A DNA stretch of 59,153 bases, from NCBI GenBank assembly GCA_018648655.1, contig JABGQV010000091.1, positions 1 through 59,153 on the forward strand, given 5' to 3'. Positions 30,238 through 39,190 of this stretch are shown in pieces; the stretch's first letter is position 1, and the number at the start of each line of letters is the position of its first letter. A program made the translations under genes and the position numbers. Origin of the DNA: Anaerolineae bacterium. Lineage in GTDB: Bacteria; Chloroflexota; Anaerolineae; Anaerolineales; Villigracilaceae. The notes below the pieces were generated by a model. It was not told where the DNA came from. It ran no database searches and saw only the letters and a list, made by a program, of their open reading frames with translations.

Positions 30238-31500
30238 ATGTACTCAAAAATTAATTTACGACTTGCAAAACGTACAAAGTTTTTTTATGGCTGGATTATT
30301 TTGCCCATCTCCATTTTAGCGTCTTTTTTTACCAGCCCAGGGCAAACTTATATGGTCTCAATTTTTAATCCATCTCTGCGAGATACACTTAATCTTAGCC
30401 TAACTCAGCTTACCGGAGCCTATATGTTTGGCACTATCCTTGCCTCTTTGCCCCAAACTTATATAGGGCAGTTGGCTGATCGAATTGGCATTCGTAAAAC
30501 ACTTTTTATGATTGTCAGTTTATTTAGTTTGGCCTGCATTTTTATTTCACAAGTTAGTAGCTTGGGTATGCTTTTTTTTGCCTTTTTCTTTTTAAGAATG
30601 TTAGGACAAGGTGCGCTAGAACTTCTCTCTGCCAATATGCTCCCAATGTGGTTTCGCAAGTCTCTAGGCACAGTTTCAGGAATTAAAAATGTAATTGTCA
30701 GCCTGATGATCGGCGTTGTCCCCATAGGGGTTCTTGCTCTGATTGGGATTGTCGGCTGGCGGCAAACTTATATTTTCTCAGGCGCGAGCGTATTTCTTAT
30801 CTTGCTACCGCTTATCTACTTTTTATATATCAATAAACCTGAAGAGATTGGTGAAGTCATTGACGGAAATAAATTATTAGATTCTCAAAAATCAGATACT
30901 TCTGACGCTGAGAATGAATTAACCCTCAAAGAAGCAATGCGAACGCGAGCCTACTGGATATTGTCTTTATCCAGAGCTGTTTGGGCTGCTATTGCAACAG
31001 CGATTGCTTTCAACTTGCTCCCGATTTTCAACGCCAAAGGATTGAGCAATGAAGAAGCAGCGGCCAGTTTTCTGATTTTGATGGTTCTTTCAGCATTTTT
31101 TCAGATTTTTGGTGGGGTGATTGCAGACCGAATAGAACTTCGGTGGATGTCTTTCGGCTCGATGGGTCTATATGGACTTGCTATTGGTGCATTGATTTAT
31201 ATGCCTAATAATTTAGTTCTTTTGGTTTATACACTGATATTAGGACTTTCACAGGGGTTATTTGGCGGACTAGAGAATACAGTTTGGGTGCGTTATTTTG
31301 GGCGCAAACATCTTGGCAAAATTCGCGGTAGTGTCTTGACTGCTAGTGTCGCAGGAAGTAGTGTTGGGCCTTTTTTGATGGGCATATCCTATGATATGAG
31401 CGGGGATTTTTTTATCTCATTAGCTTGGTTTGCAATTATTCTCTTTGCTTTATCAATCGCCGGAATCTGGGCAACGCCCCCTTTTCAAAATGCTAAATGA
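30238..31500 (+). CDS. MFS transporter
   Basis: 420 aa, about 12 predicted TM helices in a 6+6 arrangement with a central hydrophilic loop. GQLADRIGIRK resembles the MFS motif A. Confidence 0.85.
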   Translation: MYSKINLRLAKRTKFFYGWIILPISILASFFTSPGQTYMVSIFNPSLRDTLNLSLTQLTGAYMFGTILASLPQTYIGQLADRIGIRKTLFMIVSLFSLACIFISQVSSLGMLFFAFFFLRMLGQGALELLSANMLPMWFRKSLGTVSGIKNVIVSLMIGVVPIGVLALIGIVGWRQTYIFSGASVFLILLPLIYFLYINKPEEIGEVIDGNKLLDSQKSDTSDAENELTLKEAMRTRAYWILSLSRAVWAAIATAIAFNLLPIFNAKGLSNEEAAASFLILMVLSAFFQIFGGVIADRIELRWMSFGSMGLYGLAIGALIYMPNNLVLLVYTLILGLSQGLFGGLENTVWVRYFGRKHLGKIRGSVLTASVAGSSVGPFLMGISYDMSGDFFISLAWFAIILFALSIAGIWATPPFQNAK

Positions 31501-31506
31501 CGAAGA

Positions 31507-31547
31507 GTTTCCCCCGAGAAGTTTAAAAACTTCTCGGGGGAAACTTT
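31507..31547 (+). terminator. intrinsic terminator (hairpin shared by convergent MFS and trpB genes)
   Basis: GTTTCCCCCGAGAAGTTT-AA-AAACTTCTCGGGGGAAAC followed by TTT. Confidence 0.8.
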
Positions 31548-31665
31548 GGAGGCTCGAAAAGGCTTTAATGAAACCTTTCGAGTTTAGCTAGAGGCCTTTT
31601 CACGTAACAGCGATGTTGTTTTAACGAGGGCAAGCTCAAAACACGCACGGCGCGGTTCTTCACCC

Positions 31666-32847
31666 CTAGATCAGATTTTCAAAAACGTTTTCCACATCTT
31701 TATCACCACGACCAGAAAGATTGACAACCACAATATCATCGGGGTTGCTATATTTGCCATGATCTTGGAAAAGATAGGCAATTGCATGTGAAGATTCTAA
31801 GGCGGGGATAATGCCTTCAAGATGAGAGAGAGCGATAAAGGCATCTACAGCTTCTTTATCAGTGACGCCGCCTAATGCAAGGCGACCATTTTCTTTGAGC
31901 ATACTCAAGATAGGGCTAATGCCAGGGTAATCTAAACCAGATGCCGCGCTATATGATTCTGCGATTTCGCCTTCATCATCGTGCATAACAAGGGTTTTGA
32001 AACCGTGAATTACATCGGGGGAGCCTTTGCCAAGAGAAAGGCCATGTTTTTCTGTTTCTGCACCCAAACCAGCTGGCTCAACTGCCACAAGCTCTACATC
32101 TTCATTGGCTATAAAAGCAGTGAATGCGCCGAGTGCGTTGCTTCCGCCACCAGCACAAGCAATAATAGCGGTGGGGAGTTTGCCAACTTCTGCGAGCATT
32201 TGCTCTTTGATTTCTTCGCCAATTACTTGCTGAAAATCACGCACCATTGTAGGGTAAGGGTGTGGCCCAACAGCAGAGCCGAGTAGATAATAAGTATCGG
32301 CATGGTCTTGAGCATAAGCACCGAGTGCAACATCTACCGCGTCTTTGAGCGTTCCTTGACCAGCCGTGACGGGGATTACCTTTGCGCCTAGCGCCTTCAT
32401 GCGATAAACATTTGGCTTTTGTGCATCCATATCGCGTGCGCCCATATAAATATCGCAATCAAGATTGAGATAGGCGGCAATAGTAGCTGTAGCAACACCG
32501 TGTTGCCCTGCGCCTGTTTCGGCAATGAGCTTCTTTTTACCAAGTGCTTTGGCGACCAATCCCTGCCCGACGACGTTATTAATTTTATGTGCGCCAGTAT
32601 GGTTTAGATCTTCGCGTTTTAAATAAATCTTTGCCCCACCGAGTTTTTTAGTTAGCCGCTCGGCATAATAAAGCATACTGGGGCGGCCGGCATAGTTTTT
32701 ATAGAGCGCTTTTAAGTCATTTTGAAATTCGGGGGTTACTTTTAATTCATCATATTTTTCGGCAAGTGTACCTAAAATTTCTGCTAAAAATTCAGGTAAG
32801 AAAGTGCCGCCAAAATCGCCAAAGTTTCCATTTGCTTTGTTACTCAT
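31666..32847 (-). CDS. trpB: tryptophan synthase beta chain (stand-alone, no trpA in window)
   Basis: 393 aa. GRPSMLYYAERLT, KREDLNHTGAHKINN (PLP Lys) and GGGSNA. Confidence 0.95.
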   Translation of the reverse strand: MSNKANGNFGDFGGTFLPEFLAEILGTLAEKYDELKVTPEFQNDLKALYKNYAGRPSMLYYAERLTKKLGGAKIYLKREDLNHTGAHKINNVVGQGLVAKALGKKKLIAETGAGQHGVATATIAAYLNLDCDIYMGARDMDAQKPNVYRMKALGAKVIPVTAGQGTLKDAVDVALGAYAQDHADTYYLLGSAVGPHPYPTMVRDFQQVIGEEIKEQMLAEVGKLPTAIIACAGGGSNALGAFTAFIANEDVELVAVEPAGLGAETEKHGLSLGKGSPDVIHGFKTLVMHDDEGEIAESYSAASGLDYPGISPILSMLKENGRLALGGVTDKEAVDAFIALSHLEGIIPALESSHAIAYLFQDHGKYSNPDDIVVVNLSGRGDKDVENVFENLI

Positions 32848-32971
32848 GATATTTTTTCCTTTTTATTTATCTAATTTAGTTTGATGTTGTAATTTTCTAA
32901 TAGTTTTACTATTTACTGGTTTACTAATTCACTGTTTTTTTTTCATACACCGCGTCTCCTATATTTGGAAA

Positions 32972-33345
32972 TTAAAAAGCCCTCTCTCAGGTCTCAGGGA
33001 CGAGAGAAGGCTTCCGCGGTGCCACCCTGCTTAAGCTAACTTTCATAAATAATGCGCCCGTGCTTATCTCTATAGAGATAAGCATTGCTTAAAAGAAAAA
33101 TCCCGTTGTGATGCAACGGGAAAATATCTTAAGCCCTAAAGCCAGCTTCACTTTTCGTAGTCTTGCAGGTTCTCACTGCGTCAACTACTATGCCCTGATA
33201 ACGGTGGCTACTCCGGCGCAACTACTTGCTCAACGAGCGTTCACATTGCAATTCCGAGACCCATTCAGCATCAGTCTGTGTGCGAGATTTCCACCGTCAC
33301 TCGCTCTCTAAAACACCATTCTGATGCTTACTCCTTCTCTTCACA
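32972..33345 (-). promoter_or_regulatory. T-box riboswitch leader, Trp (UGG) specifier, controlling trpB
   Basis: On the minus strand: AGUA S-turn, GCAUCAG/CUGAUGC helix, AGAGAG box, distal GGUGGAAA, specifier loop GAA-UGG-G (UGG = 33263..33261), F-box-like CCGUUA, T-box AGGGUGGCACCGCGG (33028..33014), and terminator CCUUCUCUC...GAGAGAGGG plus U5 (33011..32974). Confidence 0.85.
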
Positions 33346-33372
33346 ATTTTTAGTTTATGTGATTAGGCGCGT

Positions 33373-33401
33373 TTATATCATGCTCTAGGATGATTCGTCA
33401 A
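33373..33401 (-). promoter_or_regulatory. sigma-70-type promoter of the T-box/trpB transcript
   Basis: Minus strand: TTGACG (33401..33396), 17 nt, ATATAA (33378..33373). Confidence 0.5.
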
Positions 33402-33618
33402 GGAGTATTTTTGTTTGGAGATATCAAGCGGCCCGTACGTGAAGTCAACTTGAGTGGCATCAAAACAGCATTTGTGCGTCAGTTAGTACCTCCCGTTAAA
33501 TGGTTAAAAAGTAACTCGCTTAAAGCCATAAGTTCAGGTAAAATGCAAATATAATAGCATTGGATGGGAATAAAAAAAGTCTTTCTCGTCTTATATTTAT
33601 GCAAAAAAGGAAAAGATC

Positions 33619-34794
33619 ATGACATTAAATTCAGATACCTCAGCAAGCGACACCATAGATGCCTATCGTAAAAAACAGCAACGCGGCCCCGTTGTTGTCT
33701 GGGCTATTGCGGCATTGCTTGTTCTAGTTGGCATTATTATTCTCATTATTTGGTTCACAGGTGATAATAAACCGCAAATAGCACTTTTTGCTACAAAAAC
33801 GCCAACCCCAACAATCACCTCAACAGCCACGCTTACTTCAACGCCAACACTAATACCAACAGCAACATCTACGCCAACTCAAACATTAACACCCGTTCCA
33901 CCAACTCCCTCTGCGCCATTTCTCTATGAAGTACAAGAGGCTGAATATCTTTATTCTATTGTTGAGAAATTTAACTTAGGGGAGGATGGTATTGCCTTAA
34001 TATATTATCTGAATCCAGATGTAGCAGCGACTGGCGGGAATGTTTATCCAGGGCAAAGCATACAAATTCCAAACCCCGATATGCCACTCCCTACGGCTAC
34101 TGCTATTCCCCTAGATTTACCGAGAGGAACAGAACTGAACTACGCTGTTGAACTTGGTGATTCTATTGCCTCGATTGCAGTGAAATTCCGTAGCACCCTT
34201 GAAGAAATTTTAGAGCTAAATGGTATAGAAAATGCAAATAATATCCAGGTAGGGCAAATCCTTATTATCCCTATAAATCTTGTCACCGCAGAACCTACTC
34301 GCCTTCCGCCCACAGCCCCAGCAAATCTGACATCAACGCCTACTGCTCCTGTAACTGGAGGAACGCCTGTTGGTAGAGCGTGTAATTATGAACTAAATGA
34401 GGACTTTATAGCTCAAATTTTTGAGCTAGTTAATACTGAGCGTATAACACAGGGTTTATCTCCAGTGACAGAAAATGAAAAACTGAGTGCCGCTGCCCTT
34501 GTTCACGCTTCCGATATGGCTTGTAACTCTTTCGTCAAAGAAACTGGCTCCGATGGTTCAACTGCCGAAGAGCGCGTTCAAGCACAAGGATATACAGCCT
34601 CAGCGGTACTTCAAGAAATCCTCGCTTTGCCTCCAGAGTATGGTGGTGATGGGCAAGCAGCCTTCGATGAGTGGATGGGTGGGATAACATTACTCAACCC
34701 CATTGTCACCGAAATTGGTATTGCCTATGCCTACTCATCAGAAAGCGCTTTTGGCGGTTACTTTACCCTTATTCTTGCTGCTCCCGCACCCTAA
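33619..34794 (+). CDS. membrane-anchored Thr/Pro linker + 2x LysM + CAP/SCP domain protein
   Basis: 391 aa. TM VVVWAIAALLVLVGIIILIIWF. LysM-like YEVQEAEYLYSIVEKF and YAVELGDSIASIAVKF...LNGIENANNIQVGQILIIP. CAP-like ETGSDGSTAEERVQAQGYT...IGIAYA. Confidence 0.75.
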   Translation: MTLNSDTSASDTIDAYRKKQQRGPVVVWAIAALLVLVGIIILIIWFTGDNKPQIALFATKTPTPTITSTATLTSTPTLIPTATSTPTQTLTPVPPTPSAPFLYEVQEAEYLYSIVEKFNLGEDGIALIYYLNPDVAATGGNVYPGQSIQIPNPDMPLPTATAIPLDLPRGTELNYAVELGDSIASIAVKFRSTLEEILELNGIENANNIQVGQILIIPINLVTAEPTRLPPTAPANLTSTPTAPVTGGTPVGRACNYELNEDFIAQIFELVNTERITQGLSPVTENEKLSAAALVHASDMACNSFVKETGSDGSTAEERVQAQGYTASAVLQEILALPPEYGGDGQAAFDEWMGGITLLNPIVTEIGIAYAYSSESAFGGYFTLILAAPAP

Positions 34795-34873
34795 AAAATC
34801 ACTAGACAAAATTCAAGCTATCAAGTAGAATTGCGCCTTGCAAATAGAAAGCAAATATCTCGGAGGAAGACCT

Positions 34874-35146
34874 GTGGCAAATCTTAAATCTCAAATCAAA
34901 CGCAATAGACAAAATGAAAAACGCCGATTGCGCAATCGTGTTTATCGTGGCTCTACAAATGTAGCCATTAAAAATGCTCGTAAAGCATTAGAATCTGGAA
35001 ATGTAGAAGAAGCACGCGAAGCAACTATGTTAGCTGTTAGCCGTCTCGATAAAGCTGCCCAAAAGAGTGTACTTCATAAGAAGAACGCTTCACGTCGTAA
35101 GGGTCGCTTAATGAAACAACTTGCTGCTCTCGAAAACGCAGCGTAG
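34874..35146 (+). CDS. rpsT: 30S ribosomal protein S20
   Basis: GTG start at 34874 with a GGAGGA SD 6 nt upstream (the track extension from 34838 is unlikely). ANLKSQIKRNRQNEKRRLRNR is the typical S20 N-terminus. Confidence 0.9.
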   Translation: MANLKSQIKRNRQNEKRRLRNRVYRGSTNVAIKNARKALESGNVEEAREATMLAVSRLDKAAQKSVLHKKNASRRKGRLMKQLAALENAA

Positions 35147-35170
35147 TTCATAAAACATTCAGCTTAAATA

Positions 35171-35202
35171 AGCGGGAGTATCTCTAAGATACTCCCGCTT
35201 TT
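35171..35202 (+). terminator. intrinsic terminator of rpsT
   Basis: AGCGGGAGTATC-TCTAA-GATACTCCCGCT followed by TTT. Confidence 0.85.
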
Positions 35203-35220
35203 GCGCGTTTAAATCTAAGT

Positions 35221-35249
35221 TTGACCCATTATCAAATTCTTGCTATCAT
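35221..35249 (+). promoter_or_regulatory. promoter positioned for a leaderless yvcK-like mRNA
   Basis: TTGACC, 17 nt, TATCAT, then 6 nt, then ATG 35256. No SD is present. Confidence 0.5.
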
Positions 35250-35255
35250 CACTTT

Positions 35256-36557
35256 ATGACCATCAAAGAAAATCTTCGTCAGTTTTTGCGTTGGCTCGCT
35301 CCTGGGCTAGGCGTTAAGCGCTGGCTTGCTTTTGTTTTAGGAGGGATTACCCTCTTCGCAGTTGGCTTAGCCTATCTTTTATTAGATGTATACCGCACAG
35401 CGCCTGAAACTTGGTGGTTACCTAGCCTCTCTTATCTCGCCCTACGTTTTTTGCCCCGCCCGATACGTATTTTCATTTTTGCTAGCATCGGCTTTGGCCT
35501 CGTTTTATACGGAATTTGGGGATTAAACCGCACGCTGTTGCGCCCTTTTTTACGCCCCGGCAAAGGGATTGTTGACGAGCTAACAAATTATCGTCGTCGT
35601 GGACGTGGCGCACGGATTGTTGTTATTGGGGGTGGGCATGGCCTCTCCACTTTATTACGTGGCCTGAAAGCCTACACACATAATCTCACCGCAGTTGTCA
35701 CCGTTGCCGATGATGGTGGTTCATCAGGCAAATTACGCGAATCAATGGGCATTCTCCCACCTGGAGATATTCGTAACTGCCTTGCTGCATTGTCGAATGA
35801 TGAGACAATGATGACACAACTTTTTCAATATCGTTTTAGTGGTTCAGAGGGTTTAGATGGCCATTCTTTTGGTAATTTATTTATTAGTGCACTCAGCAAT
35901 ATCACGGGGTCTTTTGAAGAGGCTGTTGCAGAATCGGGCAGAGTCCTTTCTGTACATGGGCGTGTTCTCCCCTCAACATTGCATAATGTCAAATTAGTGG
36001 CAGATATGACCCTCCCGAACTCAGCCTATGAAGTTCGCGTGGAGGGAGAGAGCAAAATCCCTGAGTTTGCAGGGAAAGTGCGTCGCGTTTGGTTAGAGCC
36101 AGATAATGCGCCAGCCTTTCCGCCTGTTATTCGTGCTATTTTAGCCGCAGATATGATAGTGATAGGGCCCGGTAGTTTATATACGAGCATTCTGCCTAAT
36201 CTATTGGTATCAGACTTGAAATCTGCAATAGAAGCAAGTAGAGCATTAAAATTATTCGTCTGCAATATCGCCTCCCAAAAAGGGGAAACGGATTCCTATT
36301 CTTGCTATGATCATCTCACAGCTTTAGAATCCCATGTTGGGGGAAAAATGATAGACCTAGTCATTGCAAATGATTGCCAAGAAGCAACTCTGCCCGCAGA
36401 TACCGATTGGACAAAAATTGGAGATGAGCTTTCAGGTGATACCCGTCTTTATACAGCTGATTTACTCGATAGAGAGCACCCGTGGCGACACGATTCTGAA
36501 GGGCTGGCACAAATAATTATGAAATTATTTTATGAACGCAAAGAGGGCGTAAGATAA
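35256..36557 (+). CDS. YvcK/CuvA-type gluconeogenesis factor (CofD-like) with N-terminal TM segments
   Basis: 433 aa. VVIGGGHGLSTLLRGLK, VVTVADDGGSSGKLR and GPGSLYTSILPNLLV. Two or three N-terminal hydrophobic helices. Confidence 0.85.
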   Translation: MTIKENLRQFLRWLAPGLGVKRWLAFVLGGITLFAVGLAYLLLDVYRTAPETWWLPSLSYLALRFLPRPIRIFIFASIGFGLVLYGIWGLNRTLLRPFLRPGKGIVDELTNYRRRGRGARIVVIGGGHGLSTLLRGLKAYTHNLTAVVTVADDGGSSGKLRESMGILPPGDIRNCLAALSNDETMMTQLFQYRFSGSEGLDGHSFGNLFISALSNITGSFEEAVAESGRVLSVHGRVLPSTLHNVKLVADMTLPNSAYEVRVEGESKIPEFAGKVRRVWLEPDNAPAFPPVIRAILAADMIVIGPGSLYTSILPNLLVSDLKSAIEASRALKLFVCNIASQKGETDSYSCYDHLTALESHVGGKMIDLVIANDCQEATLPADTDWTKIGDELSGDTRLYTADLLDREHPWRHDSEGLAQIIMKLFYERKEGVR

Positions 36558-36671
36558 ATTTTCTTTGCAATATCTTAGGATTTATTGTATAACTGATAAA
36601 GTACGATATAATTAGAAGTTGAGAAAAAATTCACAAAGCTAATAAGCTTTATAACTTAATAGGAGATAGAT

Positions 36672-37694
36672 ATGACAACAAAAGTAGGTATTAACGGATT
36701 TGGGCGCATTGGCCGCCAATTGCTTAAAATTTGTTTAGAACGCTACCCAGAAGAATTAGAAGTAGTCGGCATCAACGATCTTTGGGATACAGAGACAAAT
36801 GCACAACTCTTTAAATATGACTCCAGCTATGGAAAATTTAACGGTGAAGTAGAAGTAGTAGATGGTGATCTCGTTCTTGACGGCAAAACCATCAAAGTTT
36901 TCGCTGAACGCAACCCCGCAGGTATTCCCTGGGGCGAGCTTGGCGTAGAGATTGTTTTTGAAGGCACTGGTGTTTTCCGTGACCCCACCACAACCCCTGG
37001 ACCTCAATCTCATATTGAAGCTGGCGCAAAGAAAGTCATCCTCACAGCCCCAGCCAAAGGCGGCGATGTTTTCACTGCTGTTATGGGCGTAAATGATCAA
37101 GATTATGATCCCGCAAATCACCACATCGTTTCTAACGCATCTTGCACAACCAACTGCTTGGCTCCCTTTAGCAAAGTCATCAATGACACCTTCAAAATAA
37201 AAAAAGGCTTGATGACTACTATCCATTCTTATACCACCAGTCAAAACGTGCTTGACCTTGCTGATAGTGATCCCCGTCGCGCTCGTGCTGCCGCTATCAA
37301 CATCATCCCTACTTCTACAGGTGCAGCAAAAGCAATTGCTCTCGTCATCCCTGAACTCAAGGGCAAACTCGATGGCTATTCCCTGCGCGTTCCTACCCCC
37401 ACAGTTTCTATCGTGGACGCAGTTTTTGAAGTTGAAAAAGACACCACAGCAGAAGAAGTCAATGCCGCTCTCAAAGCTGCCTCTGAAGGCGCCATGAAAG
37501 GCATTCTTGGCTTCAGCGAAGAACCCCTTGTTTCTATGGATTTCAAAGGCGACGAACGCTCCTCCATCGTAGATGCAGACCTTACCGCCGTCATGGATGG
37601 TAATATGGTTAAAGTTGTTTCTTGGTACGATAATGAATGGGGCTACGCCACTCGGTTGACCGATTTTGCAGCAAAGATTGCAAAATCTCTTTAA
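36672..37694 (+). CDS. gap: glyceraldehyde-3-phosphate dehydrogenase
   Basis: 340 aa. [10 protein letters not shown] and the active-site motif [12 protein letters not shown]. Confidence 0.97.
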   Translation: MTTKVGINGFGRIGRQLLKICLERYPEELEVVGINDLWDTETNAQLFKYDSSYGKFNGEVEVVDGDLVLDGKTIKVFAERNPAGIPWGELGVEIVFEGTGVFRDPTTTPGPQSHIEAGAKKVILTAPAKGGDVFTAVMGVNDQDYDPANHHIVSNASCTTNCLAPFSKVINDTFKIKKGLMTTIHSYTTSQNVLDLADSDPRRARAAAINIIPTSTGAAKAIALVIPELKGKLDGYSLRVPTPTVSIVDAVFEVEKDTTAEEVNAALKAASEGAMKGILGFSEEPLVSMDFKGDERSSIVDADLTAVMDGNMVKVVSWYDNEWGYATRLTDFAAKIAKSL

Positions 37695-37711
37695 TCTAAA
37701 ACCCTAAACCA

Positions 37712-37801
37712 ATGTCATTGCGAGCCGATGCTTGTCGGCGTGGCAATCTCCCTCACAATCAGGGAGATTGCTTCGGCGGTAAAACTGCCTCGCAATGACA
37801 T
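37712..37801. repeat. palindromic MITE/REP-like intergenic repeat, copy 2
   Basis: ATGTCATTGCGAG...CTCGCAATGACAT termini, internal 10-bp stem GCAATCTCCC-N9-GGGAGATTGC. Related to 20229-20314. Confidence 0.7.
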
Positions 37802-37823
37802 TTTTTATATATAGGAGCTATTT

Positions 37824-38999
37824 ATGCTCAACAAAAAAACACTTAAAGACCTTGATGTCAAAAATAAGCGTGTTCTTGTGCGTGTGGATTTCAATGTTCC
37901 GATTAATGATGGGGAAGTCGGGGATGATACCCGCATCCAAGCCGCGTTGCCGACTATTATGTATTTACTGAAACAGGATGCAAAAGTCATTCTCTGTTCT
38001 CATCTGGGACGACCAAAAGGCGAAGCTCAAAGTGAGTTTTCACTTGCTCCCGTTGCCGTGCATCTAGCATCGGTAATCGGGATGCCCGTCAAATTCGCTA
38101 CAGATTGTCTTGGTGAGCCAGCCCAAGCAGCTACATCATCTTTGAAAGTAGGTGAAATTCTCTTGCTTGAAAATACCCGTTTTCATGCAGGTGAAAAGAA
38201 AAATGACCCTGCAATGGCAAAAGAACTGGCTTCTTTAGCAGATTTATTTGTTAATGACGCTTTTGGCACAGCCCACCGTGCGCACGCATCTAATGCAGGT
38301 GTATCGAAGGAACTCCCCTCTGCAGCAGGATTTTTACTAGAGAAAGAGTTGAAATATCTCGGTGATACCATCGCAAATGCCGAAAAGCCCTTCATTGCTA
38401 TTTTGGGCGGGGCAAAGGTGAGCGATAAAATTGGTGTTATTACCAACTTATTAGAAAAAACCGATAAAATCCTCATTGGCGGTGGTATGGCGAATACTTT
38501 CTTTAAAGCGCAAGGTTATGACATGGCTGATTCTCTTGTAGAAGCGGATGCCATAGAAACAGCACGTCAGCTCATTGAAAAAGCTAGGGATGCCTTAGTG
38601 CTACCCGTCGATGTCGTCATCGCTGATGACTTCGCAGACCAAGCGCAAAGCAAGGTCGTTCCGGTTGGTGATGTCCCCGCTGGTTGGCGCATTTTGGATA
38701 TTGGTCCTGCCACAGTTGTCGCCTATGCTTCCATTATTAAAAAATCTAAAACAGTGGTTTGGAATGGACCTATGGGCGTATTTGAATTCCCGAATTTTGC
38801 TAAAGGTACTTTTGGCGTTGCCGAAGCCGTTGCAGAGGCAGATGTGGTTAGTGTGATTGGTGGTGGAGATTCAGTTGCTGCTATCAAAGAAGCCAATTTA
38901 GATGAAAAAGTAAGCCATATTTCTACAGGTGGTGGGGCATCGTTAGAGATGTTAGAAGGCAAGATTTTACCTGGCGTAGACGCGCTAGAAGACAAATAA
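37824..38999 (+). CDS. pgk: phosphoglycerate kinase
   Basis: 391 aa. [24 protein letters not shown] and STGGGA. Confidence 0.97.
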   Translation: MLNKKTLKDLDVKNKRVLVRVDFNVPINDGEVGDDTRIQAALPTIMYLLKQDAKVILCSHLGRPKGEAQSEFSLAPVAVHLASVIGMPVKFATDCLGEPAQAATSSLKVGEILLLENTRFHAGEKKNDPAMAKELASLADLFVNDAFGTAHRAHASNAGVSKELPSAAGFLLEKELKYLGDTIANAEKPFIAILGGAKVSDKIGVITNLLEKTDKILIGGGMANTFFKAQGYDMADSLVEADAIETARQLIEKARDALVLPVDVVIADDFADQAQSKVVPVGDVPAGWRILDIGPATVVAYASIIKKSKTVVWNGPMGVFEFPNFAKGTFGVAEAVAEADVVSVIGGGDSVAAIKEANLDEKVSHISTGGGASLEMLEGKILPGVDALEDK

Positions 39000-39190
39000 T
39001 TTGTAGAGGTGGGGTTCAAGCCTACCCCTATTTTTTACAAAACCATAACATTTTTGAAACACAAAACTTTTGAAGTGGGCTATAATTTAGGCGGGTGGTC
39101 TGAAGGGCTTATAGTTTGATAATTGTAGAGAATAAATTGCCTATCAGCTCAACTGATCAATCGACCAATTTAACTAAAAAGGAAAACATC

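Noticed and set aside
33108-33311. 67-aa plus-strand ORF in the trpB upstream region.
   Set aside because: The region is fully explained by the minus-strand T-box leader (Stem I, specifier, F-box). The ORF has no SD and a non-protein-like composition.
39003-39040. tRNA-like GGTTCAAGCC string after pgk.
   Set aside because: No 5-bp T-stem can be drawn around a 7-nt TTCRANY loop, and there is no acceptor or anticodon arm. At most it is a weak GGGGT/ACCCC hairpin followed by T6, possibly a leaky pgk terminator.
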